Made by a program: the position numbers and the translations under genes
Notes under the pieces: generated by a model
What the model saw: the letters and a program-made list of their open reading frames with translations, nothing else
What the model was told of the DNA's origin: nothing
Database searches by the model: none
Part shown: in pieces, positions 13,721 to 27,200 of the stretch
Position numbering within the stretch: the stretch's first letter is position 1
How the letters are laid out: each line of letters begins with the position of its first letter
NCBI RefSeq assembly: GCF_009834535.1
Contig: NC_045707.1
Location: forward strand, 56,794,001 to 56,858,000
DNA from: Camelus ferus
Taxonomy: Eukaryota
Reading direction: 5' to 3'
DNA: 64,000 bases

Positions 13721-14279
13721 TAAGGAGCTTCCTGTTGGAAAGTTTATGAATGTTATGTTATAGAGGGAAACAGAGGTAAATGGGGAATCAAGTTCTATTG
13801 CCTCACTGTAGTAGTGGATGTAACAGACTTACTTGTATGTAAACAAAGGACTCATGAGTCAAATGATATAAAGTTCAAGATTGTTTGCCTATCATCTTGA
13901 GAAAAGTTTTTCTCAGCAATACATTCAGAGTAAGTCTGGCATTTGTATGATTTTAGTCTTTATGCTACTGTTTTATTTTGTTTGTTTGTTTGTTTACTAT
14001 TTAAGATGGAATAAGGAATTCTGAAACAAATTGCCAATGACTTTTTTTGTAAATACACTAACCTAGTTCATGTTGCTTTTGATAGCTTTGATGAGCAATA
14101 AACCTCAATAGCATTCTGTTATTAATTTCACAGCTAGATCAAATAGTATAACTTAAAAAATGCTTCTATGTAAAATTCAAGTAGAGGAAAAGGAGGTTAT
14201 AACCTATAGCCAATCCAAAGTTTGATTCATCTATATGGTAGAACTGCTCTTTCACAGTCTATTTTTATACTCTTAGAAC

Positions 14280-14720
14280 TATAGAACTCGAATTGACCTG
14301 ACAAACTGTATGGCTGTATACTTTACAAATAAGGTAATCAAGATTCAGAAAGGCAAATACTCTGCTTGTGGTCATATCTTGTTAGTGGCAGAAGTGAAAG
14401 TAAGATCACTGATTTTCTTTTGTCTGGTCAAAACTGTAACTGTGGTAACTCCTCTTTGGAATTAATCACAAGGGGATGCTATCTTCAAAAGGCAAGAATA
14501 GACTCTAGTTTCACTGAGGGAATGAACAAAAGACAGTATTTATTAAGTACTGTGATTATATGAGATAGAAACAAAGTCTTAAGAAATGATCCTAGGATTT
14601 AATCCCAATTTTATCACTTTAATAAGTGCTTTGATTTTAGACAAGCTCCTTATTCTCACAGAGCATCAGTTTCCTCATCTGTAAAATTAAACCTGCATTT
14701 CACTATTATGTGAGGATTTA
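14280..14720. mobile_element. Two MIR fragments (about 14280-14410 minus; about 14590-14720 plus)
   Basis: 'tttacaaataaggtaatcaagattcagaaagg...ggtcatat...gttagtggcaga' and 'tcagtttcctcatctgtaaaat'. Confidence 0.7.
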
Positions 14721-15749
14721 GGATAATCCTTTAGTAACTATAATTAAGATTCTGAGCGTCTTGTAGCCTTCAGTCCTAACATCATTAAAGTAAGACAATT
14801 TTGAATCATCACCTTGGAAGCTTGCCTTGAGAAGAAGAATCAAGTAGAGGGAAGTAAGAGAAAATAATGAGAAAAGAAAGAAAAGAAAATAGCATTTTAA
14901 AGTTCTAGTCATACAACATTGATACATTGACTAACTATCTTTTTGGCGTGTTTTGAAAAAATGTTTTAAATTTTCCCTACAACAGGAATAAATCTCAACC
15001 ACCTATCTTAACAAATTACTTTTTTCCCATCTCTCTTGGTTTTCACCTGTATTATTGTTCTCCTTTCTCTCCTAGCTCCTTTAACCTTTAACCTTAGGGA
15101 CCTTTAACCTTCAGATATTCTTCCTTCCTCCAGCAAGCTCTTCCTTTCCACTGACTCCCTTTCTATATTTTCAATTAGCTCTTGCGCTTAACACCCTTTT
15201 TTTCAAGATGATATCTTTTCTATGTTGACTGTCTAACTCCTCTGCACAACTAGAGTTATTAAACTAGTACTTAATGCCTCCTACTACAGTTTCTTAGCAC
15301 ATTCTCTCCTTCATTTTCTGTGAAATTATTTCTGCTCCCCAACTATAACAAAATGTTTGAAAATTATATTTGGAGCTGTAATAATTGACTCCAGTGACCT
15401 AATTTCATTCTCCATTTTCCTTGCTCGCTCTCTCGCATTTGATACTGCTCAGTCCTTGCCGCAAAAGACTCCTTTCTCCCACTGTATCCAAGTGAGCATG
15501 TCCTAAAATTCAGTCCTTGGTCACATGCTTCTCTCTGTACACACATTTTTACAGTGGTCAAGAACTAGCGTAGCTTACCCGACATGTAGCTAAATCAAAA
15601 ATCTCTGTCTCCAGGCCTAAAGTCACTTTTGACCTCTAATCTTCCTCTTGAAGTTAAAGAGAAATACTTGTTTAAGGAATATTGAAGAGGTTTCTTAACT
15701 TATGCCCTATCCTTCCCCTTACTAATCATTCCTGATTACCAAATCTAGT

Positions 15750-18220
15750 AGCTTTCTCTGTAGATGATCATATTGTGTGAAAATAAAGACAGACTTTATC
15801 TGGTTCGGACTTCCCAAGCAATGCTGAAAGGAAACGATGAGCCGGACGTCCTTATCTTGTTCCTGGTGCTAGGGGGAGAAAAGTCATTATTCTATTAGGA
15901 AGGATGTTAGTTATATGATTTTCTTCTTTTTTAATCTTACTTTAATAAAGTTTCCCTTTCAAATTGAGGAAGATCTTTTTTTATTTCTAGTTGTCTAAGA
16001 TTTATTGTCATGAATTAATTTGAATTTTATTAAATTATTTTTGACTTTCTATTGGTTGAGAAAATTATGTGATTTTTTTTCTAGTGAATTATATAAATTG
16101 ATTTTAATTGTTGAATAAACTTATTTTTGTACTAACACATACTGGGTCATGAGGTATTATACTTTTTATACAATCTTGGATAAATATATTTTCATCAGTT
16201 ATAGGATTCTAGATTTAAATTTCCCCTCTGTCATTAAAGGTGTTGCTCCATTGTCTCCTAACTTAAATATTTTCTGACAGGAATTCTCCTTTAATATTTA
16301 ATCACAGTTGCTCTGTATATAATGTATTTTTCTTTCTAAGTGTGCCTTCAAGAGTTTTTCCTCATCTTTGGTTTTTAGTTTTACTATGATTTACCTATTC
16401 ATGTATTCCCTCTTATTTCTTTCTTGAAGTTCTCTGAACTTCTTGAATATGTAATTTTCCCCCATTTATTTTTGGAAAATTTACATATATTTTAGACTAC
16501 TTGATAATGTCTTACAGCTTTAGGATGTTCTGTTGTTTGTTTTTCCATCCTTTTGTCTCTCCATGTTTCAGTGTGTATAACTTCCGTTTACCTATCTTCA
16601 AGTTCTCTGGTTTGCTGCTGTCCAGTCAGCAACTAAGCCCATCAAAGGAATTTTTAATCTTTCATATCATGTCTCTTATTTCCAGTAATTCCCATTGGAT
16701 TGTTTTAGTCACAGTTTCCATTTTTATGCTGAAATTTCCTATTTGTTTTTACTTGTGCTCCACTATTTTTTACTGGGTATTTTAATATAGCAATCATAAT
16801 TATCTTAAAGTTTTTGCCTGAATGTTCCAACATTTGAACAACTTGCATTTCTCTGTGTCTGGTTCTATGGTACTTTTTTTTTTCTTTTTGCATGTTTTGT
16901 GGTTACTGATTGAATATCAAAAAATGTGTAAAAAAAGGAAGAAACTGACAAATTATATTTATATGCATAAATGGTCACGTCTCTTTATCAGGCCATTAAT
17001 TTGGGGATTAAGTCAGTAGTTAGCACTTGAGCTTGATTTGGGCTTTAGTGATACTTGCAGTGCAACACAGGCTTAAAATGCCTCTATTTTTGAGCTTCAC
17101 CTATGGTGTATTTCGGATAAGTCTTGGAATGCCAGAAGGATTGTCTAAATGTTCCTGTTCCATTCTCAACTTTCAGAAGACTCTGCATGCCTGTGCTACC
17201 AAAGAGGTGGGGGAAGTCTCTCTTTGCGTTCTTGTGCTGTCCCTAGCAATAGACTACGGTGGCTCATTCTCGGAAGAGCCAGGAGAGGAGTGACTGGGAT
17301 TTCATAGTTCTACTCCTCCAGCCTCAGTGTTAAGCCTCAGGACCAGGTCTTTCTCCACTTTCCTGCTCCTTCCCAAGTCGGCCTAGAATTCTCTACCTTT
17401 CCTCCAGGGCAGCTGACCTCTGTCCTGAATCAGTATTTCCATGAGCTAGTCTCCTGCCCTTCCCTCATGGCAGAAAATCTTTTTTTTGTATCATTGCAGA
17501 GTCCTGGGTTCAGGTAGTTTTCTTGCTCTTCTCCCAATGGCAGATGGCTTTTTCCCCTACGGGCCATGATGGTTAGAGGAGGTGGATTTCTGTTCCATCT
17601 CTCTGGCAGCTGACCTTGGCCTGGGAGCAAGACGTGAGAGGATTCCCTGTTTTCTCCCTAGTGGCAGCCAACTTCTGCCTGGGACTGAAGCAGGATTTCC
17701 TTCCTCTCTTGCAGACAGGTGACTTTTCTTATCAAAGCAGGACAAGATGTTAGATGCTACGAGTGTTCTTGCCCCTTCCTTAGTGGCAAACATATTTTTC
17801 TCTGTTCATGCCTCTCCTCACGCAGCAGCTGAGGCCATCTTATAAAAGAGCCGGTGATGGAGCAGGTGCAGGCTCCCCTTGGTGTGGGGCTCCCAGGAAT
17901 TCTGCTCTCCTGTGATAGCCCACACTAAACTTTTAAAAATGTGTCAAAATGTAAGTTTGTTTTTTCTCACCTACTTTTATGACTGCTTTCTCTTGTTTCT
18001 CATGTTCTACCAATAATTAAACAGTTTACATATCCTGTCTTTCCTCAGAGGGGCTTGTCAACTTTGGGGATTTGGTTCATCTGAATGCGTTGCATTCTGA
18101 TTGTTCTCTGATTGTTAAAGAAAAACATTAGATGTTTTTTAGATCACTTTTTTTTTTCCTGATCAGTAGCATGGGAGCAGTGTTCTCTTAACACTTTGTA
18201 TTGTCCTAAGTAGAAATAGA
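15750..18220 (-). mobile_element. Old L1M fragments (ORF2 piece, then ORF1/5' region)
   Basis: 'tagatgatcatattgtgtgaaaataaagacag...ccttatcttgttcctg' is ORF2 antisense. It is followed by T-rich ORF1-antisense sequence and a more GC-rich 5'-region-like stretch at about 17000-18000. Confidence 0.7.
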
Positions 18221-19167
18221 ACTCATCAACCAATTTATTTTCATCCAGTATTGGAATTTATTATTCTTCCTTTTGTTGGTTACTAGATAAACTCTCTGGC
18301 CTGTATGATGAGCAATATGAACAAATAATATAACATTTTGAACACTATCATGGTAGTAACATTCTAACAGGTTTGAGGGAATTAAGGGGACTGAAGAAAT
18401 AGCAAATTCACACTTCCTACCTCCTAATCAAGAAATGAGATTTTTGAAAGAAATGGTGGATAAAATCATTATCATTTTCCAAGTTCTTTTCTTTCTTTCC
18501 TTCTTCCTTTCTTTTTCTGTCTGTTTCTCTCAACCTGTCTTTCTCTCTCTTTTTGTTTTCCTCCTTCCTTCCCCAGTAGCTGAATCCTAGTTAATTAAAA
18601 GTGCTTAATACCTGACTCCTTTTTACTTAGCTTGATATGAAAGATTTTCTAGATAGTGTTTCCAATCTCTATTCTAGCTTCCCTTTATTTCCAGAGAAGA
18701 CTTCTATTCCAGACAAGCTTATGTTCTTATCCTCCCTTCTGTGTTTTCACTTATGAATAGAATGCATTTTCCAATTCATATCTTAACACTTAATTTTTAA
18801 TCTCTAAATTTTGGTAACTAAATTGTTACCACAACTTATTTGTACATTTTTAAAATGAAAATCCAACTTTAATAAGTGGAATGAAGTGATCAATAAAAAT
18901 AATTTTTAAGTAACAAATGCATTTTCACTGCTCATCTTATCATTTACAGTTTGCTGAAGTCTGTATCATGTCTTTGAACACTATGCAAATATAAAACAAA
19001 ACTGCTTCCTGTTGGAATTTTTAAATAAAGAGCACCACCTTGTGGGAATATATGCTTATATGTAATGGAAGACAGGAATATTAAAGGGATAATAATTCAT
19101 TTTAAAAATACAGTACTTGTAATTTATAGTATAGTAATTTTTTTCACATTTCTCAAGTAGCTTTATT

Positions 19168-19291
19168 AATTTTTTTTAATTGAAGTATATAGTCAGTTAT
19201 AATGTGTCAATCTCTGGGCTACAGCATAGTGTTCCAGGCATACATATGTTCATTTTTATATTCTTTTTCATTAAAGGTTATTACAAGATAC
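19168..19291 (-). mobile_element. Very short L1 3'-end fragment
   Basis: 'ttttttaattgaagtatatagtcagttataatgtgtcaat...ggttattacaagata' resembles the 3' UTR ends at 7442 and 12400-12566. Confidence 0.75.
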
Positions 19292-21044
19292 TAATACTTC
19301 ATTAACCTGCACTAGAGAATAGATTGCTTAACAAAATGTTATCATAATAAAATATTGCATAACATATAATATACAACTGTCTACTTAAAAATAATGAGCA
19401 TTTTTCTAGAATCTTTCTGTGGTGCATTATCCTTATTTTTTTTTAACATTAGGTCATTAATACATCTAGGATTTCTTGGAACTTGACTTGAAAAACCTTA
19501 GCATTTTTATGGATTACAGTGTTTCTGGTTCTTTTAAATGTTCCACATTTGACATTATTTCATCCCAACTAATTTTCAAAGATTCGACTAAAATTTGGTG
19601 ATGATACTCTTACAGTGGGGAGCCCAAAGCTATAAAGTAGCCCTCCTCCCAAATATTAAAAAAACTACAGGCTTCATCATCTTGCAAAATCAAATACTGT
19701 GCTTATGCTTTGGGATTCCAAATTACCTTACTACTTTTTGATAACACGTTATATCACTCTTCTGTGTTGAAGAATGCAGAAGAATAAAATCTATTCTGTT
19801 TTTTTTTTAATGGTTTATTGTTTAAACATGGGTTTTCTTAAGCCAGGTTTTCCCTACCCTTTCTAACATGTTTGAGTTGGGCAATTATTTTTAGTAAGGT
19901 TAAGCAACCTGGCTTTCATTCTTCCAGTTTGTTAGAATTTTATATATCATGATTCTGTTCTTTGTTTCTTATTTATCTAACTTTGAGTGATAAATATAAT
20001 TTGTGAATGTACCTCTGTGTCTTGATATTCAATAGCAGCGAACTATAAGGGGTCAGTTACAAGAACTTGAGTCTTATTTTTGGTGACCTATATTCAGGTG
20101 ATTTCCAATCCAGTTACTGATTCTGATAAGAAACCATCTTCACCATCACATTATCCAGCCTGCATGTCCTTATTTTTTTCTCCAAGAGCCTCAATTCAGA
20201 TAATTATACCACCAGGAGTTTTGGGCTATAGCAATATTTATCTCTCAATTCTTATAACCAATTGTAATTCACATAAATACTTTACTTGTAGTTATTTTCA
20301 TTCATAATTTATTATATATAATAAAAATATGACTCTGAGGAACTAGTAGTGGCAGATTTATTGGACTTTGCATGATTTCAGACATTATTATACAGGGTAA
20401 TTCTTAGTAGCTTTAGGACAGGAGTCTGTAAAGGTATTTTAGTGGTTGAGAGGTCTTTGATGTTTTTCTTTCAGTTCTTATACGGTATATTTGTTAGAAA
20501 CCCATCCTTCAGAGAGATGATGTGTGACAATAAATTATTTTCAATAAATTCAAATTATAATTCCTTTGCTTTTTTAGCCAATATGAATAGAGCATTGAAT
20601 GACAGTATATTTTAGAATGACATTTTGAATAACTTACATATGTATGTTACAATAAATGAATGAATATATATATATATATAAAGCTCTCTATAAAGTATAG
20701 TGGCTGGCATATAGAAGGAGCTGAATATGCTTGCAGTTTTTATTAACATTATCATTATCAGATCCCCAAGAAAACCTTGTAGCATACAGAAGGATCAGAG
20801 GGCTATAAGTATTGAACATATGTAAAAACTAAGGCCAGAGAAATAAAGTGACCTATATAAATTCCTATATAATTCTGTACAGAAATTGTTCTACAACTAG
20901 AGCTAATCTTCTATTTTTCTACCTTTTTTGTTGTATCTCTTTAACTCAACTATACAAGCAATTTTCATGTTAGTCTTACTATAACAACAACAACAACAAA
21001 ATTATATATGTATGTATGTATGTGTGTATGTGTGTATATCATAT

Positions 21045-21322
21045 ATGATCTCCGATTTTTGAAGTTGCAAGGCTAGGGCAATTGCAGTAATGTCCTATCA
21101 GAAGGTAAAATGGCAGCAGTGGCACTGGTCTCAAAATGGAGAGCAGAAGCACGAAAACTCTCTTGCGACTTTGATTCAGAACACATACAACCTTATTTCT
21201 GGAGCATGCTATGGTCCTTAGTAAATCACATTCCAGCCCAGATTCAAGGAGTAGGTAACTGTACTCCACTTGTTAGTGGGTAGATCTGCCAAAAATTGTG
21301 CTCACTTTTGTAATCTACCACA
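21045..21322 (-). mobile_element. Old MaLR (MLT1-type) LTR fragment
   Basis: 'aatcacattccagcccagattcaaggagtagg...actccacttgttagtggg...taatctaccaca'. Confidence 0.7.
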
Positions 21323-21330
21323 ACCAGACC

Positions 21331-22182
21331 TGTAGCCATGGAAATGGAAATGGTAAATTTTTTGGCTTCCTGAACCAAATTCCAGTGTGTGTGTGTTGGG
21401 GAGTGGGGGTGGCAGGGGAGATGTCTGATAATTCAACTTAGTTCTGCCACCATCTACCCAGAGGTAGCATCAAATTCCACAAATTGAGGGCTCAGTCCCA
21501 CAAGACACCCCCTCCCTCTACACACATAAACTTTCAGACACTGGTCAGTTGTAAGCTGAGGCTGTTACCTGTGCTTCTGACCAACTGGCTACATATTGGA
21601 GGTCCTAGTGACCCCTCCTTGAATTTCGTTAATTTGCTGTAGTCGCTTAGCAAACCCGTTTACTCACTAGATTACCATTTATTATAAAAGACTATAACTC
21701 AGGAACAACCACATGAAAGAGATGCGTAGGGCAAAGCATGAAGAAAGGGTGTGGAGTTTCCAGGCCTTCTCCAGGTGTGCCATCTGAATCTCCACCTGTT
21801 CGCCAATCCAGAAGCTCTCCACATGGAGTCCTTTGGGGTTTTTATGGAGACTTTATTAGTTATGATTGATTAATTCATTGGCTACTGATGTCTGAATTTA
21901 ATATCCAACCTCTCTCTCCTCCCTGGAGGTCAGTGGACCGGACTGAAAGTTCAGACTCTCTAATTACTTGGTTGGCTCCACTGGCAACCAGCCTACTTTC
22001 TTAGGAGATCCAAATATCATCTCATTAGCATAACAAAAGCACTTTAAAAATTACTCTCCACACTTAGAAAATTACAAAGGTTTGGGGAGCTGTGAGCCAG
22101 GAACCACACAAAGACCAGCTGTAAGCGATAAATATATTCGGTCATCTGAATGACCAAATAATACATTTTTCACAATATTGCA
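21331..22182 (-). mobile_element. MER21-like LTR
   Basis: 'gagggctcagtcccacaagac', 'ctgtgcttctgaccaactggcta', 'actgaaagtt'. The minus strand starts TGCAATATTGTGAAA...ATTTGGTC, like MER21-family LTRs. Confidence 0.75.
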
Positions 22183-22195
22183 ATACAGATTGTAA

Positions 22196-22999
22196 TGTTG
22201 CTGAAACATGACCTACGTACCCCACTTACGGAAGTTTTAGGTGAGGTAGAAAAGGCAGCTTTATTTCTTTGCCAGGCAATGGAGGTCACAGTGGGCTAAT
22301 GCCTCTCAGACTGTAGGCCTGCTGAGCAGAGCAGTTTCCATAGAGATCGTACACAGGGTAACAGATTGTCACAAAGTTGTTCTTGTTTTTACAGTTGCAG
22401 GGGTTCTCTTCCCTCTGCTGGGTATGAAGTTCACTTCAGTCTTTGGGACTCAATATTCTTGTACCTAGAACAAAGGATGCATAGGAAGGGGCTCCTTGGC
22501 AAAGAGCTCTGAAGAAAAACTTGTGCAGTTTAAAGTCAGGTTGAGAAATGCTTTTAGCCTTTGAATCAGGCTGACACCAGGGGCCTTTGCTGCAGGCTGA
22601 GGCCTGCGGCTTGAACAACAGGATACAAGAAAACCACGAGGGGTCAAAAGCAGGGCACTGGGCCTGATCCCTGCACACAGCACCAGCACCTCAAGGAGAT
22701 TGGGCAGACCACCCAAGCCTCCTCCTTTCCAGCCTAACCCTGGGTCAGTCAGCAAGAGCATGAGAAAAACCCTTTAAACCATTGCAGTGAGGCATTGCAG
22801 TTAAGCAGTTATAAACACCATTACAGGTATCAGATGGTCACCAGTGATGACAATAAGGTCTTGCTTGGTTACAATTCCTCTCCCCACCCCCTCCTTCTCT
22901 TTGATACTCCTCAGTCTTGAGGAGGAACAGGTATGAAACAAGAGAGATTAATCATAAACTTGTCAGAGGAACTTGGTTTTAATTTCCATCTCTGTTTCA
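22196..22999 (-). mobile_element. ERV1-type LTR element (804 bp) with 4-bp TSD
   Basis: TG...CA termini; GTAA at 22192-22195 and 23000-23003; minus-strand AATAAA at about 22259-22264; internal polypurine tract at about 22876-22903. Confidence 0.75.
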
Positions 23000-23169
23000 G
23001 TAAGATAATAATGGGAACTGAAATCTGAGAAATAATTGAAGAAGGGTGAAAAGGCAAGTTAAATCATTTGAACTAAGTAATTTGAGAAGCAACATAATTC
23101 ATGTGATTAAAGATTTGTAGTAAGGTTGACCTGGATTAAAGTTCTGTTCAATTTTATCACCAATTCCCT

Positions 23170-23350
23170 TCCCTAAAAACTGGCCTTAGATATGTCATTT
23201 ATTTTCTTTAATTTTTCATTTGTTTTTTCATTTGCAGAAAACTGAAAATGATAATATCTACCTCATTAGGTGATTGGTTGGATTAAATGAAATCTTGAAG
23301 TAGAGTACATAGCTGTATGCTTGCTATAGTATGGGTTCAAAAAATGCCAT
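23170..23350 (+). mobile_element. MIR fragment
   Basis: 'ggccttagatatgtcattt...aaaatgataatatctacctcattagg...ggattaaatga'. Confidence 0.65.
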
Positions 23351-25279
23351 TAGTATATTATTTGTAGACAGTATTTTTCTTAGTACTATTATAAATAGTA
23401 TCCTGATTACAAGAAAAATACATATCAGAAGGAAAACTCCATTGGAAAGTAATTCCGTTTTGGACAAAGTTTGATTCCATGGTCAATAAATAGTTGCTGG
23501 GACATTGAAAATTTAAAACTGGAGTTTTAGATGGAAATCACAGATAGAAATATCCATATAGAGATGGCAGTTGAAACCTTGGAAATAAAGGAAATCTGGA
23601 GTGAAAATTTGTACAAGAAAAAGAGCAGGGAGCCAAAACTAAATATTTAGGGATTTAGAAGATTAGATTATGGTTAACTTAGCAAGTTTGATCAAATATA
23701 TAGGATAAGAAGATATTTTTGTTGTTGTTTGCATTTCTGGCACTAAATTTCTGCTCATCATGTTTCCAATCACTGACATCATTGCCAACTGTTAGAATCC
23801 TATTCCTCTGTAAAGATATATTGCATATAGCCCCTGCTTTCCAAGCTGAATGATCTCAGCCTGAAGCAGAGTATATATGAATCATAATAGATCAAGAAAT
23901 ACTTTAATTTAATGAAAGAGAAGGTGCAAAGTTCATAATATAAATAAAATTCCAAAATTTTCTGATAATCCTTCATAATGCATAAACATTAAATTTAAAT
24001 ATATCTAACCATAGATATTTATATATAATCATGTTCACATTTGATGATCATCAGTCATAGGCTTCCCCTAAATTCTAAACTCAAATATTTTTAGAAGACA
24101 AATAGTTATCCCTGATAGTTGAGTATAAAATTAGCACTACGAGGTACAAATGGTAATTACTAATTGCAATTGGTATAAGAAACCATGAATCATCTGCTTC
24201 CTTCAAAAACAACCTCCCATTCATTTTATTAATGGCTCACCACAGGGCAGAACATTGGCCAGATTATCAACAATTGTGGCCTCCATTGTATATTTGAGTA
24301 TTGTAATCTTAGTGTGAATCTAGTGTGAAATATTACATCATTTTTCAGTTCTATTCAATAGACATTTACTTAACATATATTCTATGAAGGATGTGCTATG
24401 AAGGAAGGATGTTTATCAACTAAGAAAACATTTAGTTAGTGTGAAACACATATTTTAACTTTCTTAGCTTAAATTCAAAAACATTTTTCAGCTTTGGTAA
24501 AACCTATTGTGACTGCATAATATATTTTATTGCTGATGTTAGGAAAACTAAATTTTTCAACTGAGTAGACATTCTTTGTAAGTGTGGTTAAGGGAAAAGT
24601 GTGTGTTTGAGTCATCCTGGGTGTGGGAGGGGAGGTAGGTGGTTGTGTTTTATTTTTCTAGGCTGTAGGTGGTATGTTGATATGTTGGGGCTATTTCAAG
24701 ACTTGGGAGTGAATGTTCTATTGTAGTTTCTATTTTCTTTTGTCAGAGATGTGCTGAATGTTGTTTTTGTTGCATGTGGTATTTGGAAATTTGATCCAGA
24801 GGAACATGCTTTAAGAGAAAAAAGAAGTGGGGGAAAATTGATATCAGTCAAACCTACTCCTACACTACTCATCTGGTGGTTGTTACTGCTTCTGTAGTTT
24901 TATTTTGTTTCCCCATGAGACAGGTACTGAGTGGAGGAACAAGATTATTAGCTTTTCTATTTAACATGCTAGGGGCTTTGACAATTCCCTTACAACAAGT
25001 ACTTCCCTCAAAGGAGAGAAGAGAAAAGCCACAGGAAACATGAGAAGAATTTGGGAAGAAGGTTCCAAAATATATTGAAGTGAGAAAGAAAATTTAAGAC
25101 ACACAAAAAGAAAAACTGGAGTTGCTTTTTCCATCTGACCATATTAAATATGGAGCTCTAATAAATCCTTTCATAAAGACTTCAGATTTATAAAATGATT
25201 ATCACCCTGCATAGGTCATATGTGGGTGAAATCAATTAGATAAATATTGCTCCAAGATCCGTCCTCGGCTGTCTACTTG

Positions 25280-25800
25280 TCTCTCTCAATAAAATCATCC
25301 AAACGTGTGACTCCAGGTATAGCTATAAAAGTTATCTATCACCATAAAGAAATTTATCTCTTAGCATATACTATTTATTACTTATGCTTATCCTGAGTTT
25401 TAGATCCACTTTACAACTTGAGTGTCATATAAACACCTCAGGTACCAATCCAGTATTGCCCTCATTTTTTTTCTCCTGTATTTTATATTTCAGTAAATGA
25501 TTCTACTACCAAGTCAAGGGCTCCAGTTCAACATTTGAATATCATTCTTGAATCTTTCTTTTTCCTGATCTACTCTTCCATCACCAACTTCCACCAATGT
25601 AATCTCCAATTTCCATCAATTAAATCTTCAAAATAGATCTCCAACCCAAACATTTTCTTTTCTTTTCACTGTTACAGCCCTGGTCCCAGTCACTGCTGTC
25701 TCTCAGTCCGACCTCTGCTACAGCCTCCTCGTTAAGATTCCTTACACACAGTATTCCCTCACGTTATTCTTTAACTTCTGTGATGTGCAAATCTGATCAC
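25280..25800 (+). mobile_element. L2 fragment
   Basis: 'tttcagtaaatgattctactacc', 'cactgttacagccctggtcccagtcactgctgtctctc', 'tgcaaatctgatca'. Confidence 0.65.
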
Positions 25801-26109
25801 AGCATAGATGCAATGAAATACTAGAGGAAGTGAGTTGGAGCACAGGGGATGGTATTCACACAGTTAGATTCCTAAAATTGAGCTTTAGAAGATCAGGCTG
25901 TTACTGATGATGACAACATCAAGGTGTTGCCGTGAACGTGGGTGTCAGAGAAAAACTAATGGAGCTGAGGAGACTGGCAAACTGAAAAAGCAGTCTGTTG
26001 AATGAATTTCCTGTGATTCTTCAAGCCGTTAAGAATGGCAATAAGAATAGGTGGAGAACCTGAACTTCTACCTCTACCTGGAATTAATGAGGCAGCACCC
26101 CCCTTCACC

Positions 26110-27200
26110 TACTGGAGTAGTCAGTTGTGAAAACTTAAAATTTAAATAAGATCCAGGATTCGTAAAATAATATCCAAACTGTCCAGGTTTCAATAGGAAA
26201 TTACTAGCATATCAAGAACAGGGAAAGCCCAAACTCAATGAGAATTGACAATCAACAGATATCAATCCTGAGATGGCACAATTGTTAGAATTCTCTGAAA
26301 AGGATTTTAAAACACCCATCATTAAAATGCTTCAATCAGCAACTATAAACATGCTTGAAACAAATAAAAAATAAAGTCTCAGCAAAGCAATGTAAAGTTT
26401 CAGCAAAGTAATAGATATAAATGGAATCAAATGGGAATTTTGGAACTAAAAAGTACAATAACAAGAATAAAAATTCAATGGGTGGACTCATCAGCAGAAT
26501 GAAGAAGGCAGGGGAAAGAATCATTGCACTTGGAGATTAAAAAAAAAACAGAGATCACGTAATCTGGGGGAAAAGAGTAAATAAACTGAAAAATAAATAG
26601 TCTCACACACACATGGAACTGAAAGAAAATCTCTATCATTCATATCTGTGCAATCCAAAAAAGAAAGGAGAAGGAGGTATGGGCTGGAAAAGTGGTATAA
26701 GAAATAACAGCTGAAGATTTCCCATTTTCCCATCCTAGTCAAATTTCTGAAAACAAAAATCTTAAAAAGCAACCAGAGAGAAGTGACCCATTATTTATAG
26801 GAGAAAACCAGTTCGAATGACAGTGGAATTTCATCAAAAACCTTAGATGTCAGAAGAAAGTGTATTTATTTAAATGCTGAAAGAAAAGAAATGTCAATGC
26901 AGATTCGTATATGCATTGAAAACATCCTTTAAAATGCAGGGGATAATCAAGATATTCTCAGAAAAGAACAAAGCAAGAGAATTTGGCACCAATAGTCCTA
27001 CTCTAAAATTGTGTCTAAAGGAAATTCTCTAAACAGAAAGGAAGTGATGAAAGAAGGAATCTTGGAACATCAGGAAGGAAGAAAAAACATGGAAGGGGCA
27101 TAAATATAGACTTTCCTTTTCCTCTTGAGTTTTCATAATTATACTTGACGGTTGAAATAAAAAATTATTACACTACCTAATGTGGTTCTCAAAACTAATA
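26110..27200 (+). mobile_element. Old L1 (L1MC/MD-like) ORF1 remnant
   Basis: 'aaaattcaatgggtggactcatcagcagaatg', 'atcctagtcaaatttctgaaaacaaaaatcttaaaaagcaaccagaga', 'aaatgctgaaagaaaagaaatgtcaa'. Confidence 0.8.
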
